Notes: generated from the letters alone by a model not told the origin. A stretch of DNA of 64,000 nucleotides from Candidatus Geohabitans tengchongensis (GCA_031459625.1 JAVKIH010000010.1:21347-85346), one strand, 5' to 3'. Shown: positions 26,816 through 37,133, counted from the first letter of the stretch. Program-made: numbers and translations.

Positions 26816-29264
26816 CGCCGAGCGGACCGTGGTCGTCGGGGCCTCGGTGCGCCGGCGGGAGGACCCGCGCCTCCTCACCGGCGCGGGCCGCTACGTGGCC
26901 GACCTGACGCTGCCCGGCTGCCTCCACGCCGTGGTCGTGCGCAGCCCCCACGCCCACGCCCGCCTCCGCGCCATCGACACCGCGGCGGCGCGCCGCCACC
27001 CCGGCGTCCACCTGGTAGCCACCGCCGCCGACCTGGGCCCGGTCCCGCGCATCCCCATCCGCCTGGGCGACCGCCCGGAGCTGCGCCGCTTCCTCCAGCC
27101 GCCGCTGGCGCAGGACCGCGTGCGCTACGTCGGCGAGCCGGTGGCCCTCGTGGTGGCCGACGACCGCTACGCGGCGGAGGACGCCGCGGAACTGGTCGCG
27201 GTGGACTACGAGCCCCTGCCGCCCGTCCCCGACGTCGAGGCGGCCCTGCGGCCTGAGGCCCCTCTCCTCCACCCCGAGGCCGGCACGAACCTGGCGGAGC
27301 GGCTCCTCTTTCGCCGCGGCGACCCCGAGGGCGTGGCGGCGACGGCCCCGGTGCGGCTGCGCCGCCGCCTGAGCGTGCAGCGCCACACCGGGGTGCCGCT
27401 GGAGACGCGGGGCCTGCTCGCCGCCCCCGACCCCGCCGGCCGCCTCACCGTCTGGGGCCCGACCAAGGTGCCGCACTTCAACCGATCCGTGCTGGCCACG
27501 CTGCTGGGGGTGCCGGAGTCGCGCATCCACTTCGTGGAGCCCGACGTGGGCGGCGGCTTCGGGGTGCGCGGCGAGTTCTACCCGGAGGACCTGCTCGTCC
27601 CCTGGGCGGCGCTGCGCCTGCGCCGGCCGGTGAAGTGGGTGGAGGACCGCCGCGAGCACCTGGTGGCCACGAACCACTCCCGCCAGCAGGTGCACGAGAT
27701 CGAGCTGGCCAGCGACCGGGAGGGGCGCATCCTGGCCCTGCTCGACCGCGCCGTGGTGGACATGGGCGCCTACCTGCGCACCCACGGCGTCACCGTCCCG
27801 GAGCTGACGCAGGCGCTGCTGCCGGGTCCCTACGCCCTCCCCCACTACCGCTCCGAGGTCCTGTGCGTCCTCACCACCAAAACGCCCACCGGCACCTACC
27901 GGGCCCCCGGCCGGTTCGAGGCCAACGTCGTGCGCGAGCGCCTGGTCGACCTGCTGGCCGAGGCGGTGGGGCTCGACCCCGCCGAGGTGCGCCGCCGCAA
28001 CTTCGTCCCCCCCACCGCGATGCCCTACGACCTGGGGACGCGCACGCTGGGCACGCCCACGATCTACGACACGGGGGACTACGCCTCCGCGCTCGACCAG
28101 GCGCTGGAGGCGGGGGCGTACGCGGCGTGGCGGCGCCGCCAGGCGGAGGCCCGGCGGGAGGGGCGCGCCGTGGGCATCGGGCTGGCCTCCATCGTGGAGA
28201 AGACCGGGCTGGGCCCGTGGGAGATGGCCCGTGTGGAGGTGGACGTCTCGGGCCAGGTGGTCGTCTACACCGGCATCACCGCGCTCGGCCAGGGGATCGA
28301 GACCGCCTACGCGCAGATCGCCGCGGAGGCGCTGGGCTGCCCCCCGGAGGCCGTCACCGTGGTGCACGGCGACACGGACCGCGTCCCCTACGGGCGCGGC
28401 GCCTTCGCCAGCCGCGGCACGGCGGTGGGCGGGGTGGCGGTGCACCTGGCCGCGCGGCGCGTGCGTGACCGCCTGGTGGCGCTGGCGGCCGACCGCCTGG
28501 AGGCCGCTCCGGCGGACCTGGTGGTGGCGGACGGCGCGGTCTGGGTGCGCGGGGTGCCGGGGCGGCGGGTCACCTTCGGCGAGCTGGTGGCGGCGGCCCA
28601 CCCCGAGGCGACGGTGCCGCGCGGCGAGGCCCCGGGGGTGGAGGCCACCGCCTTCTTCCAGGCGCCGATGATGACCTATCCCTACGGCACGCACCTGGCG
28701 GTCGTAGAGGTGGACCGCGAAACCGGCGTGGTCCGCCTGCTCGACTACGCGCTCACCTATGACGTGGGCCGGGCGGTGAACCCGCGCCTGGTCGAAGGGC
28801 AGCTGGTCGGGGGGCTGGCGCAGGGCATCGGCGGGGCGCTGCTGGAGGAGCTCGCCTACGACACCCAGGCCCAGCCCCTCGCCGTCACCTTCATGGACTA
28901 CCTCCTGCCGGCGGCCACGGAGATGCCGGCCCGCCTGAGCGTGCGCATCCTCGAGGAGACGCCCACGCCGCTCAACCCGCTCGGGGTGAAGGGGGCGGGG
29001 GAGGGCGGGACGGCCGGAGCCGGGGCGGCCATCGCCAACGCCGTGGCCGACGCCCTGCGCCCCTTCGGGGCCGAGGTCTGCGACCTGCCGCTCACCCCCG
29101 CCCGCATCCTGGCCGCGCTGCGGGCCGCCGGGGATGCGGCCGCCGGGGATGCGGCCACCCGGGATGCGGCCGCCGGGGATGCGGCCACCCGGGATGCGGC
29201 CGCCGGGGATGCGGCCGTCGGGGATGCGGCGGCCGTGGGGCACGGGGAGGGGAGGCCGCGGTGA
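26796..29264 (+). CDS. Xanthine dehydrogenase-family molybdenum hydroxylase large subunit
   Basis: RREDPRLL, RSPHAHA, VGGGFG, YRAPGR, GQG, GVKGAGE. Confidence 0.93.
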   Translation: MARALANAERTVVVGASVRRREDPRLLTGAGRYVADLTLPGCLHAVVVRSPHAHARLRAIDTAAARRHPGVHLVATAADLGPVPRIPIRLGDRPELRRFLQPPLAQDRVRYVGEPVALVVADDRYAAEDAAELVAVDYEPLPPVPDVEAALRPEAPLLHPEAGTNLAERLLFRRGDPEGVAATAPVRLRRRLSVQRHTGVPLETRGLLAAPDPAGRLTVWGPTKVPHFNRSVLATLLGVPESRIHFVEPDVGGGFGVRGEFYPEDLLVPWAALRLRRPVKWVEDRREHLVATNHSRQQVHEIELASDREGRILALLDRAVVDMGAYLRTHGVTVPELTQALLPGPYALPHYRSEVLCVLTTKTPTGTYRAPGRFEANVVRERLVDLLAEAVGLDPAEVRRRNFVPPTAMPYDLGTRTLGTPTIYDTGDYASALDQALEAGAYAAWRRRQAEARREGRAVGIGLASIVEKTGLGPWEMARVEVDVSGQVVVYTGITALGQGIETAYAQIAAEALGCPPEAVTVVHGDTDRVPYGRGAFASRGTAVGGVAVHLAARRVRDRLVALAADRLEAAPADLVVADGAVWVRGVPGRRVTFGELVAAAHPEATVPRGEAPGVEATAFFQAPMMTYPYGTHLAVVEVDRETGVVRLLDYALTYDVGRAVNPRLVEGQLVGGLAQGIGGALLEELAYDTQAQPLAVTFMDYLLPAATEMPARLSVRILEETPTPLNPLGVKGAGEGGTAGAGAAIANAVADALRPFGAEVCDLPLTPARILAALRAAGDAAAGDAATRDAAAGDAATRDAAAGDAAVGDAAAVGHGEGRPR
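29127..29232 (+). repeat. 15-bp in-frame tandem repeat (GDAAA/GDAAT/RDAAA) at C-terminus
   Basis: GGGATGCGGCC recurs about every 15 bp. Confidence 0.9.
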
Positions 29265-30589
29265 TGCCGACGCGTCCGGACCCCGAGGAGGTCCTGCGCC
29301 GCATCGACCGCGAGGAGCTCGTCGCCCTGGCCCTCGACCTGGCCAACATCGACAGTCCCACCGGCCAGGAAGGGCCGGTGGGCGAGTACCTCGTGGAGAC
29401 GCTGAGCCGCTGGGGCTTCGCGCCGCGGCGCCTGGGGCTGCTGCCCGACCGCTTCAACGTCGTGGCCCGCCTCCCCGGGACCGGCGGCGGCCGCAGCCTG
29501 ATCCTGAACAGCCACATGGACACGACCATCGCCCGCGAGGAAGTCTGGACGACGCCCCGCGCCGCCGATCCGATCTTCCACACCGGCCGGCGCGAGGGGG
29601 AGTACCTGGTGGGCAACGGCATCGTGAACAACAAGGGGCCGATGGCCTGCTGGCTCATCGCCGCCAAGGCGTTGCTGCACAGCGGGGTGCGCCTGCCCGG
29701 CGACCTGGTCTTGACGATGGTGGCGGGGGAGATCGGCCAGGAGCCGGTGGACGAGTTCGAGGCGCCGCGCTACCTGGCCAAGGAGACCGGCGCCCGCTTC
29801 GTCGTCGAGCACGGCACGGTGGCCGACTACGCGCTGGTGGCCGAGGGGACCGACTTCGCCCTGGGGTGGGTGGAGGCGGGCAAGGCCTTCTTCAAGGTGA
29901 CGGTCCTGGGCGGGGACTTCCCCCTCTACACGCCCTACATCCCGCGCCCCACCCCGCTGGAGGAGAGCCCCAGCGCCATCGTCCGCGCCGCCCGGGTGAT
30001 CGAGGCCCTGGAGGCGTGGGCGGAGCGGTACGAGCAGGTGCACCGCTACGAGTGCCCGGGCGGCACCGTCATCCCCAAGGTGAACATCGGGGCGATCCGC
30101 GGCGGGGTTCCCTGGAAGATCACCAAGACGGTGGGGGTGTGCGCCCTGTACGTCGACGTGCGCATCACCCCGGTGCAGCACCCCCTGGACGTCCAGGCGG
30201 AATTGCAGGCCGTGCTGGCGGCCACGGGGATCCCCGCCACAGTGGAGCTGTATGTCTACCGCCCGGGGTACGAGGGGCGGGGGGTGGAGCCGCTGGTCGA
30301 GGCTATCAGCCGGGCGCACGCGCGCGTGCGCGGCGGGTCCCCCAGCCGGGCGGCCGCGCCCTACACGAGCATGTGGCGCGACATCAACGTCTTCAACGCG
30401 CTGGGCATCCCGGCGGTGATCTACGGGCCGGGCCCCAGCGTGGGCGGCGGCCAGCTGGCCATGGCCATCGACGACATGGTGGACGCCGCCCGCGCCTACG
30501 CGCTCGTCGCGCTCGACATCTGCAGCCAGGTGCGCCCGCCGGCGGCGCGCTCCGCGGCGGGCGTACCGGCGGGCGCGCCCGGGGGGTGA
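29261..30589 (+). CDS. M20/ArgE-DapE family hydrolase, atypical ligands
   Basis: SPTGQE, LILNSHMDT, GNGIVNNKG, YGPG. Confidence 0.8.
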   Translation: MMPTRPDPEEVLRRIDREELVALALDLANIDSPTGQEGPVGEYLVETLSRWGFAPRRLGLLPDRFNVVARLPGTGGGRSLILNSHMDTTIAREEVWTTPRAADPIFHTGRREGEYLVGNGIVNNKGPMACWLIAAKALLHSGVRLPGDLVLTMVAGEIGQEPVDEFEAPRYLAKETGARFVVEHGTVADYALVAEGTDFALGWVEAGKAFFKVTVLGGDFPLYTPYIPRPTPLEESPSAIVRAARVIEALEAWAERYEQVHRYECPGGTVIPKVNIGAIRGGVPWKITKTVGVCALYVDVRITPVQHPLDVQAELQAVLAATGIPATVELYVYRPGYEGRGVEPLVEAISRAHARVRGGSPSRAAAPYTSMWRDINVFNALGIPAVIYGPGPSVGGGQLAMAIDDMVDAARAYALVALDICSQVRPPAARSAAGVPAGAPGG

Positions 30590-30601
30590 GGGAGGGGCGC
30601 G

Positions 30602-31858
30602 ATGACACTGACGATTCGGCAAGCGCGCCTGCGCGGCCGCGAGGGGCTGTGGGACCTCCTCCTGGAGGACGGGCGCATCGCCGCGGTGGAGCCCGCCCTG
30701 CCGCCGCGCGGCGAGACCATCGATGCGGCGGGCGGGCTCGTGACGCCCACCTTCGTGAACCCGCACGTCCACCTGGACAAGACGATGCTCGGGGACGTGA
30801 TGCGCCCCAACGTCTCCCAGACGCTGCAGGAGGCCATCCGCATCACCTGGGACCACAAGCGCGCCTACACCCCCGAGGAGATCGTCGCCCGGGCCGGCCC
30901 GGTGCTGGAGGCGGGGGTGACCTACGGCACCACCGTCTTCCGGGCCTTCGCCGACGTGGACAGCATAGGCGGCCTCGTCCCCGTCCAGGGGCTGCTGGCG
31001 CTGCGCGACCGCTACGCGGCGGTGGCCCGCGTCCAGGTGGTGGCCTTCCCCCAGGAGGGGATCGTGCGCGACCCCGGCACCGCGGGGCTGCTGCGGCAGG
31101 CCATGGCGCTGGGGGCGGACGTGGTCGGCGGGCTGCCCTGGTACGAGCGGACCGACGCGCACATGCGCGAGCACATCGACATCGTCTTCGACATCGCCCG
31201 GGAGTACGACGCCGACATCCACATGCTGGTGGACGACACCGACGACCCCAACAGCCGCTCGCTGGAGTACCTGGCGGTGAAGACGCTGGAGACCGGCTAC
31301 CGGGGGCGGGTGACGGCCAGCCACTGCGGAGCGCTGGCGGCCTACAACGACGTCTACGCCGCCAAGGTCATCGCCATGGTGGCCGAGGCGGAGATCACCA
31401 TCTGCAGCAACCCGCACATCAGCCTGGTCCTGGCCGGCCGCCACGACCGCGAGCCGGTGCGCCGCGGCATCACCCGCGTCCGGGAGCTCCTGCGCGCCGG
31501 GGTGAACGTGGTCTCCGGGCAGGACGACGTGAACGACCCCTACTACCCCTTCGGGCGCAACAGCCAGGCGGAGGTGGCGCTCTTCATGGCGCACACCGCA
31601 CACCTCACCTACCCGACGGAGCTGGAGGCCGTCTTCGACATGGTGACGACCAATGCGGCGCGGGCCCTGCGCCTCGCCGGCTATGGGGTGGCGCCGGGGG
31701 ATGCCGCCGACCTGAACGTCTGGCGCGCCCCCACCGTGCGCGAGGTGCTGCGCCGGCAGGAACCGCCGGCCTGGGTCCTGCGGGGGGGCCGGGTGGTGGC
31801 GGCCTGGAGCTGGAGCTGTGAGCGGCGCTGGGCGATGGGAGGAGGGGAGCGACGGTGA
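30602..31858 (+). CDS. Cytosine/creatinine deaminase-like amidohydrolase
   Basis: NPHVHLDK, QVVAFPQEG, DVVGGLP, ASHC, GQDDVNDPYYPFG. Confidence 0.9.
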   Translation: MTLTIRQARLRGREGLWDLLLEDGRIAAVEPALPPRGETIDAAGGLVTPTFVNPHVHLDKTMLGDVMRPNVSQTLQEAIRITWDHKRAYTPEEIVARAGPVLEAGVTYGTTVFRAFADVDSIGGLVPVQGLLALRDRYAAVARVQVVAFPQEGIVRDPGTAGLLRQAMALGADVVGGLPWYERTDAHMREHIDIVFDIAREYDADIHMLVDDTDDPNSRSLEYLAVKTLETGYRGRVTASHCGALAAYNDVYAAKVIAMVAEAEITICSNPHISLVLAGRHDREPVRRGITRVRELLRAGVNVVSGQDDVNDPYYPFGRNSQAEVALFMAHTAHLTYPTELEAVFDMVTTNAARALRLAGYGVAPGDAADLNVWRAPTVREVLRRQEPPAWVLRGGRVVAAWSWSCERRWAMGGGERR

Positions 31859-32859
31859 CGCGACGGCGGTGCATCACGCTGGCACTCGGGGTGGCGCTGG
31901 CGCTGGGCGCCGCGCCGGTGGCGGGACTGGTGCCGGGCGCCGCGCCGGCGGCGGGGGCGCCGGCGGAGGTGGTCCGCCTGCGCATCGCCCGCCTGGCCTT
32001 CCCCTCGCTCGTCTCGGTGATGGTGGACGTCGTCAAGGCGGCGGGGCTGGACCGGCGCAACGGGCTCGAGCTGGAACCGGTCTCCTTCAGCGCCGTCTCG
32101 GGCTTCTACGCCGCCCAGGCCACGGGCGAGGTGGAGGCCGGGGTGGGCGGGCCGCACGTCTACCAGCGGCTGCGCCTGGAGGGGGCGCCGATCCGCATCG
32201 TCGCCTCCTATGTGGGGCTCTCGGCGATGGTGGTCATCTCCCGCAACCCCCAGGTGCGCACCATCACCGACCTGCGCGGCCGCACCCTGGCCGCCGACAT
32301 GGGCTCCTCCGAGTTCGCCATCCTCTCCATCTACGCCCGGGCGAAGGGGCTGGACCTGCGCCGCGAGGTGACCATCGTCCAGGCCGGGCCGCCGCTGGCC
32401 CGGGCGCAGCTGGCCGCCGGGCGGGTGGACGCGGCCATGACCTGGGAGCCGACGGCCACGCTCACCATGCGCGACAGCACCGACTACCGCATCATCTTCA
32501 ACGGCCGCACCGGGTGGCGCGAGATCACGGGGAAGGACGGGTGGGAGCTGGTGGTGGAGATGCGCGAGGACGCGCTGCGCCGCACCCCCGAGGCGCTCCC
32601 CCGGCTGCTCAAGACCTTCCAGGACGGCCAGGCCTACCTGCGCACGAACCTGGACGACGCCGACCGGGCGGTGGCGGCCTCCCTGGGCCTGCCGCCGGGC
32701 GTGCTCAAGGAGGCGGTGCTCTTCCGGCGCATCGTCTACGACGTCCGTCCCGCCTGGCACCCGCAGGTGAGCGCCGCCCTGTGGGAGATGTTCCGGGCGG
32801 GCGTGGAGGTGGGCTTCCTCCCCCGCCTGCCCGACCCGGGGATCATCCACCGGCCGTAG
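31855..32859 (+). CDS. ABC substrate-binding protein (SsuA/THI5-like), paralog A
   Basis: Signal peptide, DLRGRTLA, GRVDAAMTWEP. Confidence 0.85.
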   Translation: MTRRRCITLALGVALALGAAPVAGLVPGAAPAAGAPAEVVRLRIARLAFPSLVSVMVDVVKAAGLDRRNGLELEPVSFSAVSGFYAAQATGEVEAGVGGPHVYQRLRLEGAPIRIVASYVGLSAMVVISRNPQVRTITDLRGRTLAADMGSSEFAILSIYARAKGLDLRREVTIVQAGPPLARAQLAAGRVDAAMTWEPTATLTMRDSTDYRIIFNGRTGWREITGKDGWELVVEMREDALRRTPEALPRLLKTFQDGQAYLRTNLDDADRAVAASLGLPPGVLKEAVLFRRIVYDVRPAWHPQVSAALWEMFRAGVEVGFLPRLPDPGIIHRP

Positions 32860-32870
32860 CGGAGGGGCGC

Positions 32871-33668
32871 ATGGCCCGGCAGGTGACGGCGACCGAAGCG
32901 GTGGAGGTTCCCGAAGCGGTGGGGCTGGAGGCGGCCCCGCGCCTGCTGCGCTTTCCGCGGGAGACGCTGGTGGCCCTCCTCCTCTTCGCCCTGGCCTGGC
33001 AGGTGGCCTCGATGGTCCTGCCCCCCTACGTCGCCCCCTCCTGGGGACGCATCGGGCGGGCCCTGCTGGGGTTGCGCTACGACTTCGTCCTGGTCACCGC
33101 CGGCCGGGTGCTGCTGGCCCTCGTCCTCTCCTTCGCCGGCGGCGTGCTCGTGGCCGTGGTGATGTACCGGTGGCAGGCCCTGGACCGCTACCTGCTGCCG
33201 CTGGTGCGCCTGGTCATGGCCGTGCCGGTGGTGTGCTGGATCCTCTTCTCGGTGCTGTGGTTCCGCGGGGTGGAGCTGCGCATCGCCTTCGTGCTGGTCG
33301 TCGTCTGCGGCCCCATCTTCCTCATCGACGCCCTGGACGCCATGCACGGGGTGGCGCGGGAGCTGCGGGACATGCTGCGCGCCTTCCGGCCCACCACCCT
33401 GCAGTACTTCACCAAGCTCATCCTGCCGGCGACGGTCCCGGCCATCCTCACCTCCTGGAAGATCAACCTCAGCCTGGCCATCCGGGTGGTGACGATGGCC
33501 GAGCTGGTGGGCGCCACCACCGGCATCGGGTACGGGCTGGTCATCGCCCAGGAGCTCTTCTCCGTGGCCGACGTCTTCGCCTGGACCGTGGTCCTGGTGC
33601 TCATGCTCATGGCCACCCAGGTGGTGGTGGGCGCCGTGGAGCGGCGGGCGCTGGTGTGGCGCGACTGA
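32871..33668 (+). CDS. ABC permease (SsuC type)
   Basis: Hydrophobic, AELVG, GIGY; ATG 32871 after GGAGG. Confidence 0.88.
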   Translation: MARQVTATEAVEVPEAVGLEAAPRLLRFPRETLVALLLFALAWQVASMVLPPYVAPSWGRIGRALLGLRYDFVLVTAGRVLLALVLSFAGGVLVAVVMYRWQALDRYLLPLVRLVMAVPVVCWILFSVLWFRGVELRIAFVLVVVCGPIFLIDALDAMHGVARELRDMLRAFRPTTLQYFTKLILPATVPAILTSWKINLSLAIRVVTMAELVGATTGIGYGLVIAQELFSVADVFAWTVVLVLMLMATQVVVGAVERRALVWRD

Positions 33669-33676
33669 GGCGGGCC

Positions 33677-34462
33677 ATGGAGATCGCGGTGCGCCAGCTC
33701 GGCAAGGTCTACCGGCAGAAGGGCACGGGGGAGCGCGTCGTGGCCATCGAGGACCTCACCTTCACCGTGCGGGGCGGCGAGCTCGTCGCCATCGTCGGAC
33801 AGACCGGCTGCGGCAAGTCCACCTTCCTGCACATCCTCATCGGCCTGGAGGCCCCCACGCGCGGTGCGCTCGTCATCGACGGCCGGGAGCCCTACCGCGA
33901 CTTTGCCGCCTTCCGCGGCCGCATCGCCGCCGTTTTCCAGCAGGACCGCCTCCTGCCCTGGCGCACCGTGCTGGCCAACGTCGAGCTGGGGCTGGAGATC
34001 CTGGGGGTGCCGCCGCGCCAGCGCCGGGCCACCGCCGAGCGCTGGCTGGAGCAGCTCGGCCTGGGCCGCTTCCTGCGCGCCTTCCCCAACGAGCTCTCCG
34101 GCGGGATGCGCCAGCGGGTGGCGCTGGCCCGGGCCTTTGCCCTCGACCCGGAGATCCTGGTGGCCGACGAGGCCTTCGGCCACCTGGACGAGGTCACCGC
34201 CGCGCAGATCCGGCAGGACTTCCTGGCGCTCGCCCGCGCCGGACGCAAGACCGTCTTTCTGGTGACGCACCAGATCGAGGAGGCGCTCACCGTGGGGGAG
34301 CGCGTGCTGGTCTTCGGCCGGCCGGCCCGCCTGCTAGCGGACATCCGGCCGGAACACGACACCAACGGCGCCCGCGCCCGCGCCCGCGAGGCGATCCAGG
34401 CGCTGCTGAGCGCCGGGCGCCCGCCGGCCCCCTGGGAACCCGCCGGGGAGGGGTCGCGATGA
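33677..34462 (+). CDS. ABC ATPase
   Basis: GQTGCGKST, LSGGMRQR, DEAFG. Confidence 0.9.
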   Translation: MEIAVRQLGKVYRQKGTGERVVAIEDLTFTVRGGELVAIVGQTGCGKSTFLHILIGLEAPTRGALVIDGREPYRDFAAFRGRIAAVFQQDRLLPWRTVLANVELGLEILGVPPRQRRATAERWLEQLGLGRFLRAFPNELSGGMRQRVALARAFALDPEILVADEAFGHLDEVTAAQIRQDFLALARAGRKTVFLVTHQIEEALTVGERVLVFGRPARLLADIRPEHDTNGARARAREAIQALLSAGRPPAPWEPAGEGSR

Positions 34463-35505
34463 GCGCCGCGCCCGCTGCCACCCCGGCCCGCGCGCCCCGG
34501 GAGGCCGCTCGCCCCGCGCGCACCGCGCACCGCCCCGCCCGGAGCCGCTCCGGACTGGCGGCCCTGCTGGTGGCCGCCGCGCTGCTGCTCGTGCCGGCGC
34601 TCCCCGCCGGCGCGCAACGGACGCGCCTGCGCATGGCGGTGCTCTCCTTCCCCGCCATCAGCACCTTCGTGGCCCAGATCATCCGCGAGGCCGGGCTGGA
34701 TCGGCCGCACGGCCTGGAGGTGGAGGCGGTCCCCTTCGCCACCATCTCCGCTTACTACGCCGCCATCGCCACGGGTGAGGTGGACACGCTCGCGGGCGGG
34801 CCCAACGTGCTCCAGCGGATGCGCCTGGAGCGGGTGCCGGTGCAGGCCGTGGCCACGCTGGTGCGGCCGAGTGACCTCGTCCTCATCACCCGCCACCCGG
34901 AGGTGCGCTCGGTGCTGGACCTGCGGGGCAAGACCCTCGCCGCCGACATGGGGTCCCAGCAGTTCCAGCTCCTGGCCATCTACACGCGCTGGAAGGGGAT
35001 GGACCTGCGCCGCGAGGTCACCATCGTCCAGGCGCCCTTCCCGCTGGCCCGGGCGCAGCTGGCGGCGGGGCGGGTGGACGCGGCCATGCTCATCGAGCCG
35101 GTGGCCACCCTGGCCATGCGCGACAGTCCGGCCTACCGGATCATCTTCAACGGGCGCCGGGCCTGGCGGGAGATGACCGGCACCGACGGGTGGGAGCTGA
35201 TCGTGTGGATGCGCGAGGACGTCATCCGCCGCTCGCCGGCGCTGGTGCCGGCGGCGCTGCGCATGTTCACCGACTTCCAGCGCTACGTGCGCACGAACCT
35301 GGACGAGGCCGACCGCATCGTCGCCCGCACGACGGGGCTGCCCCCCGGCGCCTTCAAGGAGTCGGTGCTCTACCGGCGGCTGCACTTCGAGGTCTCCCCG
35401 GCCTGGGGGCGCGAGCGGGCGGCTCTGGAGCAGATGTTCCGCCTGGCCGTGGAGGCCGGGGTCATCGAGCGCCTCCCCGACGCGGGGTGGCTCTACCAGC
35501 CATGA
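34459..35505 (+). CDS. ABC substrate-binding protein, paralog B
   Basis: Closely similar to 31855-32859. Confidence 0.85.
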   Translation: MSAAPAATPARAPREAARPARTAHRPARSRSGLAALLVAAALLLVPALPAGAQRTRLRMAVLSFPAISTFVAQIIREAGLDRPHGLEVEAVPFATISAYYAAIATGEVDTLAGGPNVLQRMRLERVPVQAVATLVRPSDLVLITRHPEVRSVLDLRGKTLAADMGSQQFQLLAIYTRWKGMDLRREVTIVQAPFPLARAQLAAGRVDAAMLIEPVATLAMRDSPAYRIIFNGRRAWREMTGTDGWELIVWMREDVIRRSPALVPAALRMFTDFQRYVRTNLDEADRIVARTTGLPPGAFKESVLYRRLHFEVSPAWGRERAALEQMFRLAVEAGVIERLPDAGWLYQP

Positions 35506-35518
35506 GGGGCACCTGCCC

Positions 35519-36103
35519 ATGAGCGCTGCCACGCCCGCCCCCCGTTCCCCCGTGCCCGCGCGCACGACCCGTCGCCGCCGGCCGCAGCCGGTGGCGGAGC
35601 AGCGCATCACCCTCACCGTGAACGGGGTGGCGCGCACGCTGACGGTGCCGGTCCGCCGCACCCTGGCCGACGCCCTGCGCGACGACCTGGGGCTCACCGG
35701 CACCCACCTGGGGTGCGAGCACGGGGTGTGCGGCGCCTGCACCGTCCTGCTGGACGGGCGGGCGGTGCGCTCCTGCCTGCTGCTGGCGGTGCAGGCGGAC
35801 GGCCGGGAGGTGCTCACGGTGGAGGGGCTGGCCCAGGGCGACCGCCTCCACCCCATCCAGGAGGCCTTCTGGGAGACGCACGCCCTGCAGTGCGGGTTCT
35901 GCACCCCCGGGTTCCTGATGACGGTCTACGCCTTCCTGCGGGAGACGCCCCACCCCACCGACGAGGAGATCCGGGAGGCGCTGGCGGGCAACCTCTGCCG
36001 CTGCACGGGCTACGTGAACATCCTCAAAGCCGTGCGCCTGGCTGCCGAGCGGCTGGCCGCGGGCGAGGCGGCCACCGTGGCAAGAGAGGAGGGAGGACCA
36101 TGA
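35519..36103 (+). CDS. 2x[2Fe-2S] small subunit of Mo hydroxylase (CoxS/CutS-like)
   Basis: GCEHGVCGAC, QCGFCTPG, NLCRCTGY. Confidence 0.95.
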   Translation: MSAATPAPRSPVPARTTRRRRPQPVAEQRITLTVNGVARTLTVPVRRTLADALRDDLGLTGTHLGCEHGVCGACTVLLDGRAVRSCLLLAVQADGREVLTVEGLAQGDRLHPIQEAFWETHALQCGFCTPGFLMTVYAFLRETPHPTDEEIREALAGNLCRCTGYVNILKAVRLAAERLAAGEAATVAREEGGP

Positions 36104-37098
36104 GGCTCGGGCGCAGTGCGGCGGCGGCGCTGGGGGCGATCACGCTCCTGGCCGCGCTGGTCGGCGCTGCCGGGGAGAGCGTGGCGGCGCCGACGCGGCT
36201 CACGGTGCTCTCCACGGTCACGCGCGTGGTCAACCTGCCCATGCTGGTGGGGTTCAAGCTGCTGCGGCAGGACGGGGTGGCCTTTGAGGTCAAGGACCTG
36301 CGGACGCCGGAGGCGGTCGTCCTGGCCACCGCCGAGCGGCAGGGTCAGTTCGGGACGGGGTTTGCCGCGTTCTACCCCGCGGTGGAGAAGGGCGCGCCGG
36401 TGCGGGCGCTCTTCGAGCTGTCGAAACCCGAGTTCGTCGTCGTGGCCAAACGGGAGATCACCGCGGTGGCGGGCCTCTCCGGCGTGCGGCTGGCCTCCCA
36501 CTCCCCCGGGTCGACGGTGCAGGCGCTCCTGGAGTTCTTCCTCCTGGACCACCCGGGGGTCTCCCCCAACATCGTCTTCATGCCCGAGGGCTCCCCGGCC
36601 CGCGCCGAAGCCATCCTGCGCGGGGCCGTCGACGCCGCGGCCATCGACCTGACGGCGGCGCAGGTGGTGCTCGACCGCGCCCCCGGCCGTTTCCACGTCC
36701 TGGTCGACCTGACGCGCATCCCAGTGAGCAGCAGCTTCCTCATCGCCCGCCAGGACTTCATCGAGGGGAACCGGCCGCTGGTGCGGCGGGTGCTCCGCCG
36801 GCTCCTGGAGTCGTACCGCCGCGGCGTGGCCAGCCCCGCCTTCTGGGCGGCGGAAGGCGCCGAGTTCTTCCCGGCGGTGCCGCGCGACCAGCTGGAGCGG
36901 CAGCTGGCCGCCCTGGCCCGTGTCTTCGACCCCAACGGCGGCATCGACCGGATGACCGGGCAGGGGGCCATCAGCAACATCCAGTTCCAGGTGGCCACCA
37001 AGAACCTGAGCGGCCCGGCCTTGAAGTGGAAGCGCGCCCAGTTCTTCGACACGGAGATCCTCGAAGAGCTCCTCGCGGAGCTGGGGCGGGTCCGGTAG
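36100..37098 (+). CDS. ABC substrate-binding protein (NMT1-like)
   Basis: Signal peptide, SPGST, GAVDAA; ATG overlaps upstream stop. Confidence 0.8.
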   Translation: MRLGRSAAAALGAITLLAALVGAAGESVAAPTRLTVLSTVTRVVNLPMLVGFKLLRQDGVAFEVKDLRTPEAVVLATAERQGQFGTGFAAFYPAVEKGAPVRALFELSKPEFVVVAKREITAVAGLSGVRLASHSPGSTVQALLEFFLLDHPGVSPNIVFMPEGSPARAEAILRGAVDAAAIDLTAAQVVLDRAPGRFHVLVDLTRIPVSSSFLIARQDFIEGNRPLVRRVLRRLLESYRRGVASPAFWAAEGAEFFPAVPRDQLERQLAALARVFDPNGGIDRMTGQGAISNIQFQVATKNLSGPALKWKRAQFFDTEILEELLAELGRVR

Positions 37099-37133
37099 GC
37101 CCGCCGGGCCCGCGCGCGAAGGGCGGAGGCGGG

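Noticed and set aside
26796..29264. Aerobic CO dehydrogenase CoxL
   Set aside because: Active-site loop is TYRAPGR, not AYxCSFR; no cox accessory genes.
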